From: the human T2T-CHM13v2.0 reference genome, Homo sapiens
DNA length: 64,000 bases
Direction: 5' to 3' (one strand)
NCBI RefSeq assembly: GCF_009914755.1
Contig: NC_060926.1
This document shows, piece by piece, positions 13,022 through 26,311 of this stretch. The translations under genes and the position numbers were made by a program. Position 1 is the first letter of the stretch. The number at the start of each line of letters is the position of its first letter. The notes beneath the pieces are model-generated. The model saw only the letters and a program-made list of their open reading frames with translations, was not told where the DNA came from and searched no databases.

Positions 13022-13859
13022 ACAAGCGTGTATCTAGCCGTAATGATTTATTAGCTGATAAATGTACCAGAACAATGTAAAACATTAGTAATTGAAAATC
13101 TAGGTGTTAGGCATTTGGAAACTCTCTGTACTCCATATAAATAAATAGCCTTGCAGTTATTTCTGTCTATATAAAACTATTCTAAAATACAAATTTTATT
13201 TTAAAAATAAGTTGATACCAGCTTTTGAGCCTGAGTAAATGTTTGTGACATTTGCAGAAATTGAGGAGTTGGTATTTTTAAAAAGAATTAGAGTGTACAC
13301 AATATATATTTCTCTATGTTCTCTGTATTGTCTCTTTGCTTCAGTTTTATGTAGTTAACTCATTTTAGGTAACATACCACATAAATATTTTCTTTTGGCT
13401 TCACATACATATTTAAGATTTTATATTTTAATGTTCAATTTCATTTAATGTGTAATTTAAAAATCTGCCTCTAATTATTTTGAAGCAATTAGGATACTGA
13501 TATAAATAAATAATATTGATTAACAAAAGGAAATTGGGCCCATGTCAGTTTTGATCCATCTGAATGCCAAAATAGCACTGATCTTCCCTATTGACAGCAA
13601 CTTTACTGCAAGGACATATTTAGTATAAGATGAGGTGATAAAACACTTATTTTTAAATATTTCCTGCCCCAATCTTAGAATTTAGAGGCATGCAAAATAG
13701 TTTATGTATTGAGCTGATAGGGTTTAAAGTATCTTTATTTCTTTTTACTTGCACAATGCATTACAAACAAAATAATTTGAAAATTTGTATATAACAGTTA
13801 AGTCTTGTGTACTTCGGCAGTTTAAGCATTTAAAAACAAAGTGGATTTAAAAGAAAGAG

Positions 13860-14270
13860 ACTCTAGCTCTGCTCATCCTGCTTAAGTGAGTGGATGTGAT
13901 TATAACCTCTGACATAAACCTGTGAGGTAATCAAGCCTGGGAAACATTTTGAGGTACTTTTACTCCAGTTCCTCGACTCATTACAGCACTGAGAATCCAA
14001 GCTCCGCAAGCACACTCTGATTGGTCCTAGGTGGTCCAGACGCTCTTAGCAGCAGTTGGTACCTTGATCTGAAACTTTGTTTTATTCCACTATTCAATCA
14101 GCCGCTGCTGCTCAAGCTCATGCTTTCTTCTGTCAGCTCTACAGGCCAGTGAATCACTGGTACGTCACCATTCCTGCAACCAAGGAGAAAGGAAATGACG
14201 TTCCTTTATGCAGTTGTTATACAACCAACTTGGGACAAGTTTGAGGGAGTGAGTCCGAACATTTAACAGT
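13860..14270. promoter_or_regulatory. Candidate cis-regulatory element
   Basis: Non-repeat, locally GC/CpG-richer stretch. Contains an inverted CCAAT box ctgattggtc (14017-14026), CRE-like tacgtca (14161-14167) and ETS/CRE-like ggaaatgacgt (14191-14201). Motif-level evidence only. Confidence 0.35.
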
Positions 14271-14321
14271 TACAATGTTATTTTTTGGTCAAATCACTAG
14301 GACCTGCCAGAAACTACTTAG

Positions 14322-14706
<385 letters not shown>

Positions 14707-15094
14707 AATTCCCTGCCATTTTGAGATATTTTCCAGATAATTTTGGTACTACCTCAAGGGATTGGTTATCATTTTTTCCTAGAAAACAGTGTCACAATTT
14801 GAACTTTTTATCTTGCTGTCTTTCAAAAAGTCACTCTGATTCAGAGGTGAGTAGGCAAATTATTATTTCTTCCTCTCATTTTAAACCTCCCATGATGAAT
14901 CAAAGACTAAGAATCAAATAACCGTATCATTGATATTTTCAATTATCTTTAGTATGAGCTTTAAAAACTTTATGTTGTTGTTCTTTATTTACAAATGTCA
15001 TAGCCATCACAAGAAGAAAGAAGCAGCCTGGATGGCCTAATTACCACTTAAAAGAGAGCTCCCCTGATGATACGATGTCAATTAATGGACTTTG

Positions 15095-15578
15095 TGTAAG
15101 GGAACATTTTGCATATTTCTGCATGTCTTGTGACAGCTTTTTCACTATTCTGTCTTTTCGAGGATGTTTGTATAGCTAACAGCCTTGGAAGATATATTTC
15201 TCTTTTGAGCAGAAGGCAAATTTTGTTTTCTGACCAGTACAATAAAGATAATATCTGCTACTAAAGCAATAATATTTTAGTTGGGGTTCACAGCCTCCCT
15301 CAACAGATGGGGGCCTTGCTAAGCTTGGGGCTCCTCAGCTGTGACAGGAAACCATTGTATGCACAGCATCCACTCCATCAGCTCCACATGGCCCCTCCAG
15401 TGGTTGTGTAGCAGGGAGCACCCATGTGAACCTGAAGCTCATACTGCCTGCTGAACTGTGAGCGCTAATGTCTTCTGTCTATGACACAGGGAATATTTGT
15501 CCATCAGTAAGACCATGACATCCTCACTGGTTAGTTTGCAAGTACAGTAAAATCTCAGATCCCTAGCAATTTTTGACA
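15095..15578 (+). mobile_element. LTR40-like ERVL solo LTR
   Basis: aggatgtttgtatagctaacagccttggaagat...tgaagctcatactgcctgctg...ttgcaagtacagtaaaatctcagatccc...ttgaca. Confidence 0.75.
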
Positions 15579-15649
15579 ATGTCTATAGGTTAAGCTACTG
15601 ATGTCTCAGCCTTTGCTTATTTCTTCAGTATAGACTAATCTGTCATCAT

Positions 15650-16240
15650 AAATATTTCCAGAGATCTTAACTTTAATATGTCCAGAATTGAACTCATATT
15701 TATTTGGTACCCCAAACCATTTTCCCTTCAAGTGCTCCCATTTCAGTAAATTTTACTCTGAATTACGTAGAGAAGAAACTTTAGAATGGTCAACCTGCAC
15801 TTCTAATCAACTACTAAGTCTCATTCCTGCCACTACATACCAAGCAGATCACTATCATTCCTTACTTCCTGTATTATTCTCCTCTAATCTACTGGCAGAC
15901 CACAGACAAATGTCAAAAGATCTAAGTATGTCACTTCCCAATTTAAAAGCTTTCAGTGGATTCCTGGTTGGCATTAGGTAAAATAACAATACTTAAACTT
16001 GGCTTCCAATGTTGCTGTTTCCACACCTAGTCTTGTGTCCAACCCTACCTTTTGTTCTCTCCTTCATGGACTCTAATCTCCAATTGTAATAAATTTCTGT
16101 GCATGAATCCAGTGTCTTTAATTTTACCCCTCATCACCTGGTCATTCTGTTCCCTTGGCATGAAACATTTTGTTTTCTATACTTTATCTGCCTAAAAATG
16201 ATGTAGAACATACAAAGCACTGAAAAACCTCCCTGCCAAC
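15650..16240 (+). mobile_element. L2 fragment
   Basis: ctttaatatgtccagaattgaactc...tatgtcacttcccaatttaaaagctttcagtggattcc matches the L2 3' region. Confidence 0.65.
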
Positions 16241-16634
16241 CAAGGAATGTATTAGATAATGTCAATAAGAAATAATTATTTAATGTTTCTGGAATTAATG
16301 CATTTTGAAATTTGCTTCATAAATTCATAGAAATTACTTTTTTCAAAACAAGCATCAATTTATGGTACCTAGAAACTACCCCCCTCACACACACATGCAC
16401 ACTAAGCCAGTGAGATGAACATTTGTATATCTGTATGAGTTGTGCATATTATGAATTCCTAGCAGTGAGAATGCAATTAATTTTGAAGGGTAAATAGAAT
16501 TATGATTTGTTAATACACCTGCAATGGTAAGCAATGCTAAATTAAGATACAACTAATTTTGATTAGCTATATTAAAACTTGAGGTATTATGGAAATTAAT
16601 GATAGCCATATTTCATTTGACATTTAGTTTAAAT

Positions 16635-16835
16635 CGGGTACTGGACCAAGTTCTTCATACATGTTACCTCATTTAATCCTCATAACATTCACATGGGTGG
16701 ATACTATTATTAATTAATTTTACAGATGGTGGAACTGAAGTTTAGAGGGTTTAACTTACCTAGTGTTTCTGAGCCAGATGGATCTCAGCAGAGAAAGAAC
16801 CGTGGTCTTCAAATTCCAAAATAAGCCTCTTTACT
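16635..16835 (-). mobile_element. MIR
   Basis: catttaatcctcataac...tactattatta...ttttacagatggtggaactgaagtttagagg. Confidence 0.8.
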
Positions 16836-18239
16836 CGACAGGCTCAACTGCATGCTATTAGTAGAGTGAAAATGAATGCACACAATGCCATCTTTGAAAG
16901 AGTGATAAATGTGATGAGTTAAAATAGTTTGTTTACCTGGAATTCCAGTATAACTGTCATCTTTAACATCTGTAAAGACATTAGTAAAAATGCCTGTGAG
17001 TTTGGATATCTGATTAAAATAAAAATTCTACTAAAGTGAGTTATTTTCACCAATATTACTAAAAAAGAAAGCTGAAGTCATGGAGTGTAACAGTCACAGG
17101 GCATTTTATATAAAGCTCCTCAGTTCCAAATCCTCAGGTCCTCAGGATGTGGGGCTATTCCATCGCCACTTACATTGTCCTATGGTGAGTTCTGCCCACA
17201 CTACCCTGAAAACTCATAAAATCTAAAATCTTGGCCGATAAACATGTATATTGTTCAAAATAATTTGAATGGAAATCAATTTAGAGAATATTCACCTGTT
17301 AAGAATCAGGCCTTGAGATCTTATGGAAGTTATTAATCTTGGAGAACAAAGATATTGTCCTGTTGCTAAGTACATTGCCACTAGACAATTAGGAGTACTT
17401 CTTTACTTTATGAGACTCATAATGAGACTTTCTCCTCCAAGTCTTCTTGAAAAAACCTGTTATAGCCTTTTCAAAGAGAAAATTAATTCAAATTAAATTA
17501 TATATGTATAGCTGAAATATGTTTGAGAAATCATCAAAACAATAATACATATTATTAAATTTATTATAACAAACTTATAAAAATTGCAATTTACAGAATT
17601 CACACTTACAGAGAGATATATGTCAAGTGATTACTACATAGAAGCAGGGGAGAACAGAGAGTGGGAGTAAAGCTCTAGAATTAGTCTGGCTAGTTCATCT
17701 GGGCAATACCACTTCTGTTCAATAATTTTGGAACAAGAATGATGTTATTGTCCTCCATAGAGGAGAAATGTAATCTCATAGGCCAATATCACTGGAAGCT
17801 GGTATGCAATTTCTACAGCAGACATTCTGCTCCAGGTTACCCATCTTATGGGAGTTCATTTTGGATCTCAGCACAAAGGGATAGATCTCTCCTTTGGTGG
17901 GTCTTAGGCCTTAATCAGTACTGTTCTACCAGAGAGGCAGCCGAAAGTTCTAATCTTTATTTCAAATTCTAAATGATCTGTTCTGAGATTTTCGTATTTC
18001 TGCAGGTAAAAAATAACCGTAAATACTAAACTTGCTTCCTTGGGTCTATATTCTCCTTCAAATCATGGCTTGCTACTATTTAATTTCCTGTTGATTCACT
18101 GATGTCTTAAAGTAAATGTTTGATATGTTACCCAGACTTTTTGGTTGTTTCTCACAATTCAAGGTAAGTTCCATATTATTTAGTTCAAAATTATACAATA
18201 CAGAAGTCTTCATTTAATATTTTCAGAAATCTTAAGACT

Positions 18240-18344
18240 TAGAAATATTATTTTCTTTTGACAGATGAAAAACATAAGGATCAAAAAGAGTAATTTATCA
18301 TTCTGAGATAATATATATATATCTAAGGTTATATAATTATTATA
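18240..18344 (-). mobile_element. MIR fragment truncated by the satellite island
   Basis: aatattattttcttttgacagatgaaaaacataaggatcaaaaagagtaatt...ctaaggttatata matches the MIR core, then stops. Confidence 0.5.
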
Positions 18345-19258
18345 TGATTATTAAGACTGATATTTAATAATTAATCATATTATTACTCCTAATACCACAG
18401 GGGGTGTACACCTACCTGTGATATTGTTCCTCATATCCAGGGATGGAGAGCATGATATTAGTTTTAATATCGCAGTAGGTGTACACTCACCCTGTGACAC
18501 TGATCCTAATATCCAGGGGGGAGAGTATGACATGACTCCCAACATAACAATGAATGTACAGCCACCTGGTGATATTGCTCCGAATATTCATGGAAGAAGC
18601 CTATAATATTACTCCCAATATCGCAGGGAGTGTACACCTCTTCTGTGATATTGTTCCTAGTATCCTGAGGGGGAGAGGATGATAATAATTCCAGTATCGC
18701 AGGCTGTGTTCACCCACCCTGTGATATTGATATGAATATCCTGAAAGGGAGAGGATGATATTACTCCCCCATAATAGATAGATGTTATTCCCCATAATAG
18801 AGTAGGAGGTGTACACCCACCCTGTGATATTGTTCCCAATATTCAGAGGCCAAGAGGTTGATATTACTCCCAATATCGCAGAAGGTGTACACCCCCGTGT
18901 GAGATGGTCCTTAATAATATTCCAAGGTGGAGGGGGTGATATTACTACTTATATCGCAGAAAGTGTACACCCCCCATGGATATTGTTCCCATGATCCTGG
19001 AGGGAAGAGGATGATATTACTTTAAATATCACAGAAGGTGGACTTGCCCCCACTGATATTGTTTCTAATTTCAACGTGGGAGAGGACGATATGCCACCCA
19101 ATATCGCAGGGAGTAGAAACACCCCTGTGATACTGTTCTTAATATTCAGGGAGGAAGAGGATGATATTACACCCAATACAGCCGGGTGTACACCTTCTGT
19201 ACACCGAGGGTGTAAACACATCTGTGAAATAGTTCATAATTTCCAGAGGGGGAGATGA
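18345..19258 (+). repeat. SATR1/SATR2-type ~75-bp satellite, left arm of a ~0.9-kb inverted repeat (~12 monomers)
   Basis: Monomer gatattactcccaatatcgcagggggtgtacaccccctgtgatattgttcctaatatccagggggagaggat. The arm is the reverse complement of 19362-20249. Confidence 0.9.
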
Positions 19259-19361
19259 GGCACCCCCCTGAGATATGGGGAGTAAGAGCCACCCCCTCTC
19301 CCCCTCTGGTTATTACGACCCACGGTGGACTCACAGCTTGTTTATGATATTGTGAGTAGTA
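19256..19361 (-). repeat. GC-rich variant monomer and palindrome spacer
   Basis: tgaggcacccccctgagatatggggagtaagagccaccccctctccccctctggttattacgaccc. The same variant recurs at 23239-23334 and aligns to the reverse complement of the main monomer. Confidence 0.85.
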
Positions 19362-20249
19362 TCATCTCCCCCTCTGGAAATTATGAACTATTTCACAGAC
19401 GGGTGTACACCCGTCTGTATTGGGAGTAATATCATCCTCTTCCTCCCTGAATATTAAGAACAGTATCACAGGGGTGTTTCTACTCCCTGCGATATTGGGT
19501 GGCATATACCCCTCTCCCACGTTGAAATTAGAAACAATATCAGTGGGGGCGTGTCCACCTTCTGTGATATTTAAAGTAATATCACCCTCTTCCCTCCAGG
19601 ATCATGGGAACAATATCCCTGGGGGGTGTACACTTTCTGCGATATACGTTGTAATATCACCCCCTCCGCCTTGGAATATTATTAAGGACCATCTCACACG
19701 GGGGTGTACACCTCCTGCGATATTGGGAGTAGTATCAACCTCTCGGCCTCTGAATATTAGGAACACTATCACAGGATGGGTGTACACCTCCTACTCTATT
19801 ATGGGGAGTAATATCTATCTATTATGGGGAGTAATATCATCCTCTCCCTTTCAGGATATTCATCACAATATCACAGGGTGGGTGAACATGGCCTGCGATA
19901 CTGGCATTATTATCATCCTCTCCCTCTCGGGATACTAGGAACAATATCACAGAAGAGGTGTACACTCCCTGCGATATTGGGAGTAATATCATACGCTTCT
20001 TCCGTGAATATTCGGAGCAATATCACCGGGTGGCTGTCCATTCATTGCTATGTTGGGAGTCATGTCATACTCTACCCCCTGGATATTAGGATCAGTGTCA
20101 CAGGTGAGTGTACACCTACTGCGATTTTAAAACTAATATCATGCTCTCCATCCCTGGATATGAGGAACAATATCACAGGTAGGTGTACACCCCCTGTGGT
20201 ATTAGGAGTAATAATATTATTAATTATTAAACATCAGTCTTAATTATCA
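19362..20249 (-). repeat. SATR-type satellite, antisense array (right arm of the inverted repeat)
   Basis: Reverse-complement monomers (gatattgggagtaatatcatcctctccc...). About 30 differences from the left arm in ~580 bp compared by eye. Confidence 0.9.
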
Positions 20250-20595
20250 ATGGTAATATTAATTAATAGTACAACCTTATTAATCATTAATGATTATTTT
20301 AAATATATGATTATGCATGATTTAAATTATTACTATTAAGGTCATTTTTCAATAATATTAGTTATTAATTTTAATATTAATTATTGTTTTATTACCAACA
20401 TCACTTATGATTGATTTAAGTAACATTAATTACTGATATCATTATTTTATTATTAATAGTGATATTACTATTATTAGTAGTAATCATTAATATTTTTAGT
20501 CCATATTAACTTTTACTATCTCTATTGTAATTATTAATATCGATGATTACTATTAATTGTTATTATATTTATTAATATTAATAATTAATATAACT
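20205..20595. repeat. Extremely AT-rich low-complexity core between the divergent arrays
   Basis: ~390 bp of tattaat/aatattaa/ttattat words with very little G/C. Confidence 0.9.
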
Positions 20596-23238
20596 GTTCC
20601 CGATATCCGTGGGGGAGAGGATATTACTCCCGATATCGCAGAAAGTGTACACCCTTCTGTGATGTTACTTCTAATAGCTGGGGGTAGAGGATGACATTAT
20701 TGAAAATATCGCAGTGGGTGTACATCCCTTCGGTCATCTTGTTCCTAATATCCTGGGTGGGAGCAGATGAAATGACTCCCAATATCTCAGGGGGCGGAGA
20801 CCTCCCCCGTGATACTGTCCCTAACGTCCAAAGGTGGAGAGGATGGTATTTCTTCCAATTTCACAAGGGGTGCACACCACCCCTGTGATATTGATCCTAA
20901 TATCCAGGGGGCAAGAGGATGATATTAGTCTCAATATTGCAGGAGGTGTACACTCCCTAGGGATATTGTTCCTAATATCCAGGGACGGAGAGAATGATAT
21001 CACTCCCAATATAGCAGGGGGTGTACACCCCTTCTGTGACATTGTTCCTAATAGCCAGCGTGGGAGAGGAAGATATTACCCCCAATATCGCAGGCGGTGT
21101 ACACCCCCTTGTGACATTGTTCCTTCTATCCTGGGAGGGAGAGGAAGATACTAGTGGCAATATCGCAGGGGCTGTACACACCCACTGTGATATTGTTTCG
21201 AGTATCCCGAGGGGGGAGAAAATGATATTATTCCCAATATCGCAGGGGGTGTACATCCTCCTGTGATATCGTTTCTTATATTCAGGGGGAGAGGATGATA
21301 TTACTCCCAATATCTCAGGTGTTGTACACACCTCCTGCGATATTGTTCCTAATATCCCGAAGGGGAGAGCATATTACTCTCAATATCGCAGGGGGTGTAC
21401 ACCTCCTTTGGAATACTGTTTTTAGTATCCATGATGGGAGAGGATGATATTACTCTCAATATCGCAAGAAGTGTACAGCCGCCTGTGATATAGTTCCTAA
21501 TATCTAGGTGGAGAGAGGATGATATTACCGCCCGTATTGCACGAGTTGTAAAACCTCTTCGATATTTTGCCTACAATCCCGAGGGGAGAGGACGATACTA
21601 CTCCCAATATCGAAGGTGTACACCCCCCTGTGACTATTCCCAATATCCAAGTCGGGAGACGATGACATTACGCCCAATATCGCAGGGGATATACACCCAC
21701 CCTGGGATATTGTTCCTTTTATCAAGAAGGGGAGAGGATGACATTACTCCCAATATCACAGGGGCTGTACACCCCTCCTGTGATATTGTTCTTAATATCC
21801 TAGGAAAGAGAGGATGATACTACACCCAATATCGCAGGGGGTGTACACCCACCTCCTTAAGATATTGTTCTTAATGTACTCCACCTCCCCCTACCAGGGA
21901 TATTGTTCCTCATATCCAGGGGATGAGAGGATAACATTATGCCCATTATCGCAGGGGGTGTACACACCCTCTGTGATGTTGTTCCTAGTATCCAAAGGTA
22001 GAGACGATGATATTACTGGCCATATCGCAGGGGGTGTACACCCTTCTGTGATATTGTTTTTGATATTCGAGGTGGGAGAGGATAACATTAGTCCCAATAT
22101 GGCAGAAGGTGTGCGGACCCCTGTGATATAGTGCCTAATGTACAGGCAAAAGAGAATAATATTACTCTCAATATCGCAGGGAGTGTAACCCCCTCAACCC
22201 CCCGTATATTGTTCGTAATATGCAGCGGGGTAGAAGCTGATATTACTCCCAGTTTCGCAGAAGGTGCACACACACCTGTGATATAGTTCGTAATACCCAG
22301 CGGGAAAGAGGCTGATATAACTCTGGATCTCGCAGTGGGTGTACACCCCCAACCCCCCCGGGGTATTGTTCCTAATATCCAGGTGGGAAGACGATGATAT
22401 TGCTGACAATATCGAAGGGGGTGTACAACTCTTCTGTGATATGGCTTCTGATATCGAGGGGGTGAGTGGATGATATTACTCCCAATAACGTAGCAACTGT
22501 ACAGCACCGTGTGATTTTGTCCTTAATAACCACATGGGGAGAAGTGATATTACTCTCAATATTGCAAGGGGTGTACACCCCACCTGTGACATTGTTTCTT
22601 ATATCCAGGAAAGGAGAAGATGATATTACTACCAATATCGAAGAGATGTACAGCCCCATGGGATATTGTTCTAAATATACAGGTTGAAAGAGGATCAGAT
22701 GACTCCCAAAATAACAAGGGGTGTACACCCCGCCTGTGATATGAATCGTAAAATTTAGAAGAGTGAATGACATTGCTTCCAAAAAAACACGGGGTGTACA
22801 CCCCCTCTCTGATATCGTTCCTGTCATCTAAAGGAAGAGATGATGATATTACTCCCAGTACCGCAGAATATACACCCCCCCTGTGATATTGTGCGTCACA
22901 ACTAGTGGGGGAGAGCATGATATTACTTCAAATATGACAGTGGCTTTACACCCCGTCTGTGATACTGCTCCTAATTTCCAGTAGCTAAAGTAAGATGTGC
23001 CTCCCAATAGAGTAGTGGGTGGACACCCGCCCTGTGATATTTCCCCGACTATTTAGGGAAACACAGGATGACATGACCCCAAATCCCGCAAAAAGTGAAC
23101 ACCCATTGTGTGATATGGTTCCTAATACGCGCAGGTGTAGAGGATGATATTACGTTTCATATCGCAGGCTGGGTACACACACCCTGTGAAATTGTTCCTA
23201 ATGGCAGGAAAAAAGAGAATGCTAATAATGGACACAGA
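20596..23238 (+). repeat. SATR-type ~75-bp satellite, sense array (~35 monomers)
   Basis: tgtaca cores recur at ~73-77 bp spacing (e.g. near 21021, 21097, 21172, 21249, 21322). Confidence 0.92.
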
Positions 23239-23334
23239 TAAGAGCCACCCGCGATGCGGGGAGTAAGAGCCACCCCCTCTCCCCCGCCTGGCTATTACGA
23301 CCCGCATCGCAGGGGGGTGAGGCACTCCCCCGCG
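23239..23334 (-). repeat. Terminal GC/CpG-rich variant monomer
   Basis: gcgatgcggggagtaagagccaccccctctcccccgcctggctattacgacccgcatcgcaggggggtgaggcactcccccgcg is in direct orientation with 19256-19323. Confidence 0.85.
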
Positions 23335-23339
23335 TTTTT

Positions 23340-25885
<2,546 letters not shown>

Positions 25886-25928
25886 CCTCAATTTGTTTTT
25901 ATAATTATGTATTTTAGTGTTAGCTTTC

Positions 25929-26311
25929 CATATTAGTCCATTTTTTTACACTGCTGTAAGGATACTACTGGGTAATTTATAAATGAAGAGGTTTAATTGA
26001 CTCACAGTTCTGCATGACTGGTGAGGCCTCTGGAAAGTTACAATCACTGTGAATGGGGAAGCAGTCATGTCTTACATGGAGGCAGGCAAGAGAGAGCACT
26101 TGTGAGTACAGGAAAAACTGCCATCATCTATAAAACCATCAGATCTCCTGGGAATTCACTCAGTATACTGAGAACAACATAGAGGAACTGCCCCCACAAT
26201 CAAATCACGACCCTCCCTTGACACCTGAGGATTGCAGGTGCCTCCCTCGGTAAGTGGGGATTACGATTTGAAATGAGATTTGGTTGGGAAACACAGTGCC
26301 AAACCATGTCA
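25929..26311 (-). mobile_element. THE1D/MSTA-type MaLR solo LTR
   Basis: tattagtccat...gaggtttaattgactcacagttctgcatg...gagatttggttggg...ccaaaccatgtca. 5-bp TSD ctttc (25924-25928 / 26312-26316). Confidence 0.92.

Larger units (their letters stand above)
8532..13207 (+). mobile_element. L1MC-type (L1MC3-like) LINE: 5' end, ORF1, start of ORF2, long 3' UTR; interrupted by THE1 and MLT2 LTRs
   Basis: ORF1 remnant (ORF 8998-9198, ELISRPDTAMERISDPENRS). ORF2 endonuclease start near 10120-10310. L1MC3/L1MD-type 3' UTR from ~10315, ending aaaactattctaaaatacaaattttattttaaaaa. Confidence 0.8.

Noticed and set aside
19420-19938. Longest ORF (172 aa) as a protein-coding gene
   Set aside because: It lies wholly in satellite, is mirrored by frameshifted antisense ORFs in the other arm, has a non-ATG start and shows no splice or promoter context.
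18345-23334. CRISPR-like array (palindromic ~35-bp repeats at regular spacing)
   Set aside because: The intervening segments are homologous to each other rather than unique spacers, there are no cas genes, and the context is human. It is a satellite.
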